Below, one piece after another: positions 1-7,199 of a stretch of DNA of 10,777 nucleotides. Location: UHGV virus genome UHGV-0117503, one strand, 5' to 3'. The notes under the pieces were generated by a model. That model worked only from the letters and a program-made list of their open reading frames with translations. It had not been told where the DNA came from and made no database searches. How positions within the stretch are numbered: the first letter of the stretch is position 1; the number at the start of each line of letters is the position of its first letter. This DNA is from a virus. Position numbers and translations under genes: made by a program.

Positions 1-262
1 TTCGCTCCGCTGCAACTGCAGGAAACCTACGACAACAGCGGGCTGAACATCGGATTCCCGGACGCCGAACTGACGGGCGTTCTGATCTGCGTGGACGTCA
101 CCGAAGCGGTCGTCGACGAAGCGATCGGGCACAGGGCCAACCTGATCGTGTCGCATCACCCGCTGCTATTCCACCCGTTACGCCGGATCGTCGGGGCCGA
201 CGCTTCGCAACGGATCGCCGCGCGCTGCCTGATCGCCGGCATCTCGCTCTATGCCGCGCACA
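1..262 (+). CDS. Nif3-family (YbgI/YqfO-like) protein, internal fragment; open at the window start and lacking its own C-terminus
   Basis: Frame 1 is open from nt 1 and reads ...YDNSGLNIGFPDAELTGVLICVDVTEAVVDEAIGHRANLIVSHHPLLFHPLRRIV...ISLYAAHTN, matching the Nif3 signature from memory (WDNxGL, HHPLIF, LYxAHTNLD). My own count gives about 65% G+C over nt 1-240, unlike the rest of the window. The end coordinate is approximate. Confidence 0.5.
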
Positions 263-523
263 CCAATCAGGCTCTTGCAAACTTCGCAGGTTTCGTTGTG
301 GCTGTGAGCTTTAGCTTCTTCGCGAATGCAAAATTCACATTCAAAGCTTCGACTACAACGATGCGCTACATGTTATATGTAGGATTCATGGGAACACTGA
401 GTGCTACTGTTGGATGGGCTGCCGATAAATGTGCACTTCCTCACTCTTGTCACCTTCTCCGCCATCAGCCTGGTTTGCGGTTTCGTCTATTCAAAGTTCA
501 TTGTCTTTAGGGATGCGAAATGA
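263..523 (+). pseudogene. gtrA: gtrA-like bactoprenol-glucose flippase remnant: N-terminus replaced and body frameshifted
   Basis: From about nt 263 the same frame reads QALANFAGFVVAVSFSFFANAKFTFKASTTTMRYMLYVGFMGTLSATVGWAADKCALP, which matches GtrA as I recall it. The expected C-terminus [26 protein letters not shown] is in the adjacent frame (open 401-523), ending at TGA 521-523 in an ATGA overlap with the gtrB start. The frame switch lies at about nt 439-445. Confidence 0.55.
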
Positions 524-1431
524 AGATATCTCTTGTAGTTCCTGTCTTCAATGAAGAAGAAGCAATACCAATTTTTTATAAAACGGTACGTGAATTCGAA
601 GAGTTGAAGCCATATGAAGTGGAAATTGTTTTCATAAATGACGGAAGCAAAGACTCTACGGAGTCAATTATTAATGCTCTGGCTGTTTCAGATCCCCTAG
701 TTGTTCCGCTGTCATTTACACGCAACTTTGGTAAAGAACCAGCATTGTTTGCAGGATTAGACCATGCAACAGGTGATGCCGTTATTCCTATTGATGTTGA
801 CCTGCAAGACCCGATTGAGGTTATTCCTCATCTTATTGAAAAGTGGCAGGCAGGCGCTGATATGGTGCTTGCTAAACGTTCGGATCGTTCAACCGATGGA
901 AAATTAAAACGAAAAACAGCTGAGTGGTTCTACAAACTTCACAATAAAATAAGTAATCCAAAGATCGAGGACAATGTTGGCGACTTTAGACTAATGTCCA
1001 GACATGTTGTTGAGAATATTAAACTTCTACCAGAACGAAATCTATTCATGAAAGGAGTTCTAAGCTGGGTTGGTGGAGAAATAAGTATTGTTGAGTATGC
1101 CAGAGCGGAACGCATTGCGGGGACGACTAAATTTAATGGCTGGAAATTATGGAACTTAGCTCTTGAGGGTATAACTGGTTTTTCAACATTTCCTCTACGA
1201 ATGTGGACATATATAGGATTATTTGTTGCAACAATATCATTCATGTACGGAGCATGGATGATATTGGATAAAATTTTATTTGGAAACAACGTACCAGGTT
1301 ATCCCTCACTTCTTGTTTCTATTCTTTTTCTTGGTGGGATTCAATTGATTGGCATTGGAGTCCTAGGTGAATATATAGGAAGAATCTATATTGAAACCAA
1401 AAAAAGACCTAGATACCTTATAAAAAAATAG
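520..1431 (+). CDS. gtrB: GtrB, bactoprenol glucosyltransferase (GT2 family)
   Basis: The 303-aa ORF starts [29 protein letters not shown], contains DGSKD and a DVDLQD-type GT2 motif, and ends in two C-terminal transmembrane helices and ...IETKKRP. It is near-identical over its length to enterobacterial prophage GtrB/YfdH as I remember it. Confidence 0.93.
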   Translation: MKISLVVPVFNEEEAIPIFYKTVREFEELKPYEVEIVFINDGSKDSTESIINALAVSDPLVVPLSFTRNFGKEPALFAGLDHATGDAVIPIDVDLQDPIEVIPHLIEKWQAGADMVLAKRSDRSTDGKLKRKTAEWFYKLHNKISNPKIEDNVGDFRLMSRHVVENIKLLPERNLFMKGVLSWVGGEISIVEYARAERIAGTTKFNGWKLWNLALEGITGFSTFPLRMWTYIGLFVATISFMYGAWMILDKILFGNNVPGYPSLLVSILFLGGIQLIGIGVLGEYIGRIYIETKKRPRYLIKK

Positions 1432-1432
1432 G

Positions 1433-2893
1433 ATGCATATGAACTTTTTAATTAGAGAAAGCGAAAAGAAAGCATTTGCTTTATTATTTGCAACCGCATT
1501 GCTTTTTATATATCCATTAATGCATTATGGTATATATTTTCGAGACGATCTACACAGATCTGTAACTGGATACTATGGATGGAGCGGCCTTGGTAGACCA
1601 CTCGCAGATATAGTTATAAAAGTAGCATCAGCAAGCGGAGATAGACTATTAGATATTTTCCCGTATAACTTAATACTATCTTGCGCCATGCTATCACTAG
1701 CATGTATACATATAGCTAGATTATTACAACATCTAAACATAAAGAAGCCAACGTTTTGTGCCTCATTGTTTATCTTTAATCCATTTTTTCTACAAAATCT
1801 AGCTTATAGATTTGACTCCACAGGAATGTCTTTAGCACTTCTTCTTTGTGCGCTTTCATACACCTACCAAAATAACAATATTTATATATCATTGGTAATT
1901 AAAATTTCACTTGGTGTCGCAACACTTTCACTGTATCAACCATGTGCAAATCTATTCATTGGGTTGCTATCAATCGAGCTCTCTGCATTATTCATTACTA
2001 ACAACACAAACAACAAAAAATTATTTTTAACATTAATCAAAAAAGCTGGAGTATTTTTATCATTCTACTCTATTTACTTTCTAATCGTAGCAAGAATATG
2101 GGGTTCAGAAAACAATAGATCTGAAATCGTCAAGTTAAATACAGATGGATTAAATCATATTTATAATACATTCCAAAGACTCAATACCTTGCTTGAGTCA
2201 TTTTTTAATGGTCCAGTTATTTTTTATTTTATACCACCGGTTATTTTATTATTTATTTTTATTATCCTTACCGTTTACAAAAATAGAAACAACTCGTTGG
2301 CAACCAAGATGCTTTTATTATTGCTATCATTGAGCTCGGCATATATATCTCTTCTTGGGCCGACATTTATTCTTGTTGATGCGCCCGTATTTCCAAGAAC
2401 GCTGGTAAGCTTCTCAATCCTCTTTGTTTTATTTTCCATGTATATAATTTCACTTTGTGATAAGCTAAAATGCATTGCATTAATACCTGTAGTAACAGTA
2501 ATAGCATTTAGCTCTCAATTTGCCAACGCACTGAACACCCAAAGAGAACATGAGAACTTTGTTTTAAATATGGTTGCATATGATTTAATGAATATAAATG
2601 GAATACAAAAAATTAAGACAGTGGGCAAGATAAGATTCAGTAAAAGAGCTGAATTACTCACAAATGATAAGCCTCTAATAAGCCAATCTATAAGCAGGGC
2701 TACTGAATTTCTTGCAACTTATCAAATGGTTAACAAGGGCTTGAAAGGTGTAAGCGATGGTTATGGCATAGAAAAATCCAATAAGGAAGAGTTGGACTCA
2801 TTCAAAAGCAATGGTGTTAAACCATATGTTGATAACAATGAATACTCAATATATGAAAATAATGGCGTTGCAATTGTAGTTTTTAAGGGATAA
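1433..2893 (+). CDS. GtrC-family serotype-specific O-antigen glucosyltransferase (polytopic membrane protein); type not identifiable by eye
   Basis: The 486-aa ORF lies immediately after gtrB (gtrB stop 1429-1431, ATG 1433; an alternative ATG at 1439 has AGGA 5 nt upstream). It is very AT-rich, with many hydrophobic segments and a hydrophilic C-terminal domain, which is the usual third gene of a gtr cassette. Confidence 0.75.
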   Translation: MHMNFLIRESEKKAFALLFATALLFIYPLMHYGIYFRDDLHRSVTGYYGWSGLGRPLADIVIKVASASGDRLLDIFPYNLILSCAMLSLACIHIARLLQHLNIKKPTFCASLFIFNPFFLQNLAYRFDSTGMSLALLLCALSYTYQNNNIYISLVIKISLGVATLSLYQPCANLFIGLLSIELSALFITNNTNNKKLFLTLIKKAGVFLSFYSIYFLIVARIWGSENNRSEIVKLNTDGLNHIYNTFQRLNTLLESFFNGPVIFYFIPPVILLFIFIILTVYKNRNNSLATKMLLLLLSLSSAYISLLGPTFILVDAPVFPRTLVSFSILFVLFSMYIISLCDKLKCIALIPVVTVIAFSSQFANALNTQREHENFVLNMVAYDLMNINGIQKIKTVGKIRFSKRAELLTNDKPLISQSISRATEFLATYQMVNKGLKGVSDGYGIEKSNKEELDSFKSNGVKPYVDNNEYSIYENNGVAIVVFKG

Positions 2894-2920
2894 TACGCAA
2901 CTAAAATAGTTCTGCATTGC

Positions 2921-2960
2921 TCATTAAGACCAATCAATCACATCAGATTGGTCTTAATGA
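2921..2960. terminator. Perfect 15-bp inverted repeat (hairpin) between the convergent gtrC-type and tailspike genes
   Basis: tcattaagaccaatc (2921-2935) pairs with gattggtcttaatga (2946-2960) around a 10-nt loop, 28 nt after the gtrC stop and 21 nt before the tailspike stop. There is no clear U-tract on either side, so intrinsic-terminator function is uncertain. Confidence 0.4.
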
Positions 2961-2980
2961 AATTACGCCGCGACCAGTTA

Positions 2981-4957
2981 TCACCTCCATTTAAACCGAG
3001 GTGAATATTCCCCGTTATTGAATCTTCCTATACTTACCTGTATTGTCGCCGGAGAATCAGAAAGAACCTCGGTGCTATGCAATGATAGTATAAGTGATGA
3101 TGATTCTATATCTCTATCTGCTTCGACCACATAACCATAATCTCGTTCTGGCTCTGTAAAATAAGCTATTGGTTTTCCGTTTGCTGCAATGGTAAATCTT
3201 CCACCAACAAATTTACCCTTGAACATAACATGTATTTTTATCCGAGTAACTCCCTTCGGTAAAACACAACCAGCATTTAATGATGCTGTAGAGTTTATAT
3301 TGAAATCTTTCCTTATCACTGTGTATGGAATTGCATATAAAGCTTCAGCAAAGTTTGATTGAGACTGATACTCTGTCGCAGCAATAGAGCTCCCCCCCAT
3401 AATTCTAAATCCTCCAACACCGGAGAACACACTATTAAAAGCATCCACAGCTTTCGTAAAGTTACCAATACAAACAGGTGTTTCTGCATCATTAATGAAT
3501 TGTTCCCTTGAATACAATGTCACACTGTTTATATATGTACTTTTATAACCACCAATATCATCAGGGCTTAAAAATCCATACCCATTGGAACCATCAGATA
3601 CGCCATTAAATTCTGTATAATAGCTACAAAATTCGTTAGATGATCTTGGAGATGTCTCAATCCATCCAAATCCAAAATTTCTCTCTGACTGAATATTGCT
3701 ATAAGTACACCCACTACTCCGCGTTATAAGGCCTGCGCCACTATAGCGCGTCGCTGAGTCTGGTGATGGGTCAAAATCACCATTGCGACCATTTGTGTGT
3801 GTACGTATACGTAAAAAACTAACAGAATTTACAGCCAAATCATCAGTTTCTCCTTGAGTAGGATAACCAATAACAACTCCGCGCCCATAGTTATCATGTG
3901 CAACTATTGTTCCAAATGAACAGAACCAAGACTGATAAACTGATATGCCGACGACACGAGCATTTATGGCTGTAATATTGTCGCAATGTGACTCATTTGT
4001 AAAATATCTAAAATAAAATCCATTTGTCGCCTTATTATCACAATCAGAAATTATATTTGTAATTCTTACTGAGCTTACATCTTCAGTTGGTGTAACTCCA
4101 ATTGGAGAGCGAGAGCATCTAATAACAGCCTTTTTAATTGCAACATCCCCAATCCATTTAATGGTTGTAGCAAATCTATTACCTGCTCGCAGAGAATTTC
4201 CATATCCTCTCATATCCAAGCCATTTGGAGGCACAAACTCATCTGTAATTCCAATAACACCAGCTGGAAGGATTAAAGGTAGTTTATTATCAGATGCGAA
4301 TTTAGCAGCACTGGTTAACTCATTAATTGAATCTTTTTCTCCATTTAAATTAACCCCCCACCATTTTAATAGAACTTCTCCATTGATATTTCGTTTCCAC
4401 CGCCTCCCAATTGCGTCAATAAGTATTGTTCCTCCATTATCTTGAGATGTAGAATCATACTTATCAATTTCAAATATTCCATTTCCACCATCAAATATAT
4501 TTCGCACACCATATACATAGCATCTATGCATATTCCCGCTATAATTTCTAATATCTTCGTAATTTGCTCCACCTATATATCCCAAACCGAAGCTTTGAGA
4601 TAATTGAACTTTAAATTGATCAGGTTCATACTTCAGCACATTCGGAAAATAAAACTGCTGAGCACCGTATGCATCATAAACAGCCATAGAATGGCCTTGC
4701 ACAGTTACGAACTTGGCAATCTGTCCGTTATATACCGGGTAACCAGCAGCGTTAATGATGATTGGTTGCGAAACAGGAACGTGAGAGCCGTCTTCGTTCT
4801 CCATATAAACCTGAATCTGGTTTTCTGGATTTACGGGGTCCGTGTCAATTTTACCGATATAAATTTTGCCATTGGCTACCGCTTTAAAAGAACGAGCCAT
4901 AGTGAAGAGTTGCGAAGGCATGCTTACCACAACATTGGCATTTATTGAATCTGTCAT
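2981..4957 (-). CDS. Tailspike protein: P22/Sf6-like head-binding N-terminal domain with a divergent receptor-binding (probable beta-helix depolymerase) domain
   Basis: The N-terminus [51 protein letters not shown]...[27 protein letters not shown] matches the conserved P22/Sf6 tailspike N-terminal domain from memory. The start is set at the internal ATG (4957..4955) that gives MTD..., not the upstream start at 5002 in the ORF track. The remaining ~540 aa are rich in G/N/S/T/I/V. Confidence 0.88.
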   Translation of the reverse strand: MTDSINANVVVSMPSQLFTMARSFKAVANGKIYIGKIDTDPVNPENQIQVYMENEDGSHVPVSQPIIINAAGYPVYNGQIAKFVTVQGHSMAVYDAYGAQQFYFPNVLKYEPDQFKVQLSQSFGLGYIGGANYEDIRNYSGNMHRCYVYGVRNIFDGGNGIFEIDKYDSTSQDNGGTILIDAIGRRWKRNINGEVLLKWWGVNLNGEKDSINELTSAAKFASDNKLPLILPAGVIGITDEFVPPNGLDMRGYGNSLRAGNRFATTIKWIGDVAIKKAVIRCSRSPIGVTPTEDVSSVRITNIISDCDNKATNGFYFRYFTNESHCDNITAINARVVGISVYQSWFCSFGTIVAHDNYGRGVVIGYPTQGETDDLAVNSVSFLRIRTHTNGRNGDFDPSPDSATRYSGAGLITRSSGCTYSNIQSERNFGFGWIETSPRSSNEFCSYYTEFNGVSDGSNGYGFLSPDDIGGYKSTYINSVTLYSREQFINDAETPVCIGNFTKAVDAFNSVFSGVGGFRIMGGSSIAATEYQSQSNFAEALYAIPYTVIRKDFNINSTASLNAGCVLPKGVTRIKIHVMFKGKFVGGRFTIAANGKPIAYFTEPERDYGYVVEADRDIESSSLILSLHSTEVLSDSPATIQVSIGRFNNGEYSPRFKWR

Positions 4958-4982
4958 TTTAATTTCTCTATATGTTAAGCAA

Positions 4983-5016
4983 GCAATATTCATTGCTAGC
5001 ATGTTTTTTGTATAAT
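4983..5016 (+). promoter_or_regulatory. Putative sigma70 promoter for the HNH gene, in the divergent tailspike/HNH intergenic region
   Basis: A consensus TATAAT sits at 5011-5016 directly preceded by TTG, with a small palindrome GCAAT-ATTC-ATTGC at 4983-4996 upstream. No convincing -35 element at 17-bp spacing. Confidence 0.3.
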
Positions 5017-5044
5017 GAGTGAACTTTATTTAAAGGTGGTTAAC

Positions 5045-5554
5045 ATGAACTGGAACGAAGTATTCGTATTAAAAGACGATGGACTCCTGTACTGGAGTGA
5101 CCAATATCTTTCAAGACCCAAAATGTTCAATATTTCTAAAGAAAAGCCTACAGGACATATATTCAAGGACAAGAACAGGAAAACATCTTATATAATTATC
5201 AGGTATCAAGATAAAATATACGCCGCCCATAGGATAATATGGGAAATGTTTTATGGTGAAATCCCTTCAGGAATGCAAATTGACCATAAAGATGGTAATG
5301 GGTTAAATAATTCAATAGACAACCTGCGTCTAGTTAGTCTCGGTGAAAACCTAAAAAACAAATCTAAATACACAAACAATACATCTGGGTGCGCAGGTGT
5401 TTCATGGCATAAGACCCATAAAAAGTGGGTGGCATATATTAGCGACGCAGGGAAGCGCATTAATCTCGGATACTTTAAGTGTCTCGATGATGCAATTGCT
5501 GTAAGGCGTGATGCTGAAAAGACCTATGGTTATCATGAGAATCATGGTAGGTGA
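5045..5554 (+). CDS. HNH endonuclease with a C-terminal AP2-like DNA-binding domain (homing-endonuclease-like)
   Basis: Motif IDHKDGNGLNNSIDNLRLVS is HNH-like, followed by GVSWHKTHKKWVAYIS...KRINLGYFKCLDDAIAVRRDAEKTYG, which is AP2-like. The start is set at ATG 5045, which has AAGGTGG 5 nt upstream; the ORF track begins at 5015. Confidence 0.8.
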   Translation: MNWNEVFVLKDDGLLYWSDQYLSRPKMFNISKEKPTGHIFKDKNRKTSYIIIRYQDKIYAAHRIIWEMFYGEIPSGMQIDHKDGNGLNNSIDNLRLVSLGENLKNKSKYTNNTSGCAGVSWHKTHKKWVAYISDAGKRINLGYFKCLDDAIAVRRDAEKTYGYHENHGR

Positions 5555-5685
5555 TATCTGACATTTCATTGCTCCAGACGAATGATATGATGCAACCATG
5601 ATGTGATTGCATACCGAAATGGTACTATTGAGTATTTATCCAGTAGGTTACGATGCCATTCCACCCAACTGGTGAGGCATCAAGG

Positions 5686-5946
5686 ATGTACAGCAAATAC
5701 GACGAGGCGCAGTTTCACTTGAGACTTCCGCATGAACTCCACGCGAAAATTAAACAGCGCGCGAAGATGAATAACAGGTCGCTGAACTCAGAGATAATTG
5801 CAGCGATTGAAGAATCATTGGCTAAACAAAGCTCTGCATCAGTTTACATTGACGATGCAGAGCGTATGGCAGAACAACAATCTGATATGGTTAAGAAAAT
5901 TGTCTTTGATACGCTCAAAGAGCTATATAAAAAAGACAGCAGCTAA
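5686..5946 (+). CDS. mnt: Mnt-like ribbon-helix-helix repressor (P22 immI-type)
   Basis: The C-terminal half DDAERMAEQQSDMVKKIVFDTLKELYKKDSS closely matches P22 Mnt (...NDAERLADEQSELVKKMVFDTLKDLYKK) as I recall it, and the N-terminal region FHLRLPHELHAKIKQRAKMNNRSLNSEI is RHH-like. The start is set at ATG 5686 (GAGG 8 nt upstream), not the track start at 5653. Confidence 0.8.
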   Translation: MYSKYDEAQFHLRLPHELHAKIKQRAKMNNRSLNSEIIAAIEESLAKQSSASVYIDDAERMAEQQSDMVKKIVFDTLKELYKKDSS

Positions 5947-5966
5947 CTATCAGTTACGGAGGATTT

Positions 5967-6044
5967 ATGCAAAGAGATATGCTGAATATTGCGTTCTACA
6001 TATTTGGTTTTTGCACGTTCCTGGTGTTTGCGAAGCTATTCTGA
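5967..6044 (+). CDS. Hypothetical 25-aa hydrophobic peptide (possible single-pass membrane protein)
   Basis: GGAGGA at 5958-5963 is followed by ATG at 5967. The ORF encodes MQRDMLNIAFYIFGFCTFLVFAKLF and stops at TGA 6042-6044, 21 nt after mnt on the same strand. It is absent from the ORF track because of its size; it is unproven. Confidence 0.25.
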   Translation: MQRDMLNIAFYIFGFCTFLVFAKLF

Positions 6045-7199
6045 CAACGCATCAGACTTGGCACCTTGAGTCAGGGCGTTAATGGCCTTTTGCGCCTGCT
6101 GCATGGCTTTCTCAAACGCTGTTGATCCGCGTGGGGTGTTTGCCATTCGGAGCATTGCATTTCTGAATGGCTCGCTCTCATAGGCGCGAGTAAGAAGTCC
6201 GTAGCTTACCGCTGCGCCAGTTGTCGCCGGGTTCATTGCCGTCCCATATCCGATAATGAACGGGATGGTTTGCTGCCCTGTTGGTGTTGTTACTGCTGCT
6301 TTTGCAGCCTGCTGCGTGGATTGCAGGTAGTTTTTCAATCCTTTCAGATAAGCGGCTTCATGACCTTTAAATGTGATGCCAGTCTGGTTTTGCAGGATAT
6401 TAAGCTGCCGAAGGAACTGGTCAGGGGATCCGCCAGATTTCTCCATCGCCTTTCCAATGATGCCATTGCGCATTTGCGCCCTGCCAACACGACCAACTGA
6501 GTTATACAGCGTCTTAATTTCAGATTTGTTCTTGCTGAATAGCATGTTGTTGACAACTTCCGGCGTCAGGTCGCCTTTCATGAGAACATTCTTCAGCCTG
6601 GTATTCTTTAGTTTCGCCGCTTCGTCAGCGTAGACGGCATTGGCCTGCTGATATTTACGAAGAGTATCATTGCCAAGATTCTGACCAATGGCACCATTGA
6701 TATCGTCGGTCATCGCCTTGTAAACTCGCTGAATGGCAGCATCGGAACGGTTTGGTAACACTGGTCGCTCACCCTTCACGTCCATTCTGAACTGGCTGCG
6801 CAGATCGCTTAATTGCTTCAAATCCAGATTGACCGGACCATCAGGACCAGCATTGCGAACAAGCTCATCACGATATGACTGAAGTTTTGAAATAGTCTCG
6901 TTATCAGCCACCTTACCAAGCTTCTGCAGATTAGATATCTCAGTATCAATCTGCTGAATTGCTCGCGCAGGCTGAATGTTTACTCCAGCCATAGCATTCT
7001 GAACCTGCTCCAGTCGATTACCGGCGGCACGCCGAATTCCTGATGTTTTCGCTTTAAGGCTGTCAATAACAACTGCCGGATCGTACTCGCCGAATTTATC
7101 AGCAAATCTCTGCACCAACTGACTTCTCGCTTCCTGTTGCGTTGCTCTCATTCCGCTTGTGCCAGCCAGGGGGATATTTTCTGCTGTGGTCTGCGCCAT
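6036..7199 (-). CDS. Virion ejection/internal protein, probably the C-terminal part of the lytic-transglycosylase protein encoded upstream (387-aa ORF)
   Basis: Long ORF in the late-gene orientation. Its frame is open upstream of the ATG at 7199 as far as a stop at 7334..7332 and reads protein-like there (GAIAPEAQQAIRFAEREGVPLHTTDLLQPTSRVGK). It overlaps the upstream ORF by 52 nt. Confidence 0.6.
   Translation of the reverse strand: MAQTTAENIPLAGTSGMRATQQEARSQLVQRFADKFGEYDPAVVIDSLKAKTSGIRRAAGNRLEQVQNAMAGVNIQPARAIQQIDTEISNLQKLGKVADNETISKLQSYRDELVRNAGPDGPVNLDLKQLSDLRSQFRMDVKGERPVLPNRSDAAIQRVYKAMTDDINGAIGQNLGNDTLRKYQQANAVYADEAAKLKNTRLKNVLMKGDLTPEVVNNMLFSKNKSEIKTLYNSVGRVGRAQMRNGIIGKAMEKSGGSPDQFLRQLNILQNQTGITFKGHEAAYLKGLKNYLQSTQQAAKAAVTTPTGQQTIPFIIGYGTAMNPATTGAAVSYGLLTRAYESEPFRNAMLRMANTPRGSTAFEKAMQQAQKAINALTQGAKSDALSE

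Noticed and set aside
98-280. 60-aa minus-strand ORF rich in Arg/Ala inside the high-GC Nif3 region
   Set aside because: It is antisense to a clearly conserved Nif3 reading frame in high-GC DNA, where spurious open frames are common; no motif or start context supports it.
939-1289. 116-aa minus-strand ORF inside gtrB
   Set aside because: Fully embedded antisense to the well-conserved gtrB frame; the translation is low-complexity with no recognisable features.
2275-2475. 66-aa minus-strand ORF inside the gtrC-type gene
   Set aside because: Embedded antisense in AT-rich coding DNA, with no RBS or conservation signal.
4161-4948. Three ORFs (94 aa plus-strand, 68 aa minus-strand, 114 aa plus-strand) overlapping the tailspike gene
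   Set aside because: All lie within the tailspike coding region, whose frame is supported by the conserved N-terminal domain; they are most likely chance open frames.
4958-5044. Upstream starts for the tailspike (ATG at 5002) and the HNH gene (ATG at 5015) as given by the ORF track
   Set aside because: The tailspike N-terminus MTD... is conserved and begins at 4957. For HNH, the ATG at 5045 has a far better Shine-Dalgarno (AAGGTGG) than 5015, which overlaps the putative -10 element.
5251-5599. Two minus-strand ORFs (69 and 65 aa) overlapping the HNH gene and its downstream region
   Set aside because: Antisense to the HNH frame, which carries recognisable motifs; no independent support.
5555-5685. 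A defined sigma70 promoter for mnt
   Set aside because: A TTGCAT hexamer at 5607-5612 and several A/T-rich -10-like hexamers exist, but none are at canonical 16-18 bp spacing, so only the region is noted, not a specific promoter.
5798-6082. 94-aa plus-strand ORF overlapping the 3' end of mnt and the end of the ejection gene
   Set aside because: It starts inside mnt in another frame and overlaps two better-supported genes; the shorter SD-preceded ORF at 5967-6044 is a more credible candidate for this gap.
6270-6633. Three small ORFs (76, 70, 86 aa) within the 387-aa ejection-protein gene
   Set aside because: Embedded in or antisense to a long protein-like ORF; Cys/Trp/Arg-rich translations typical of out-of-frame reads.
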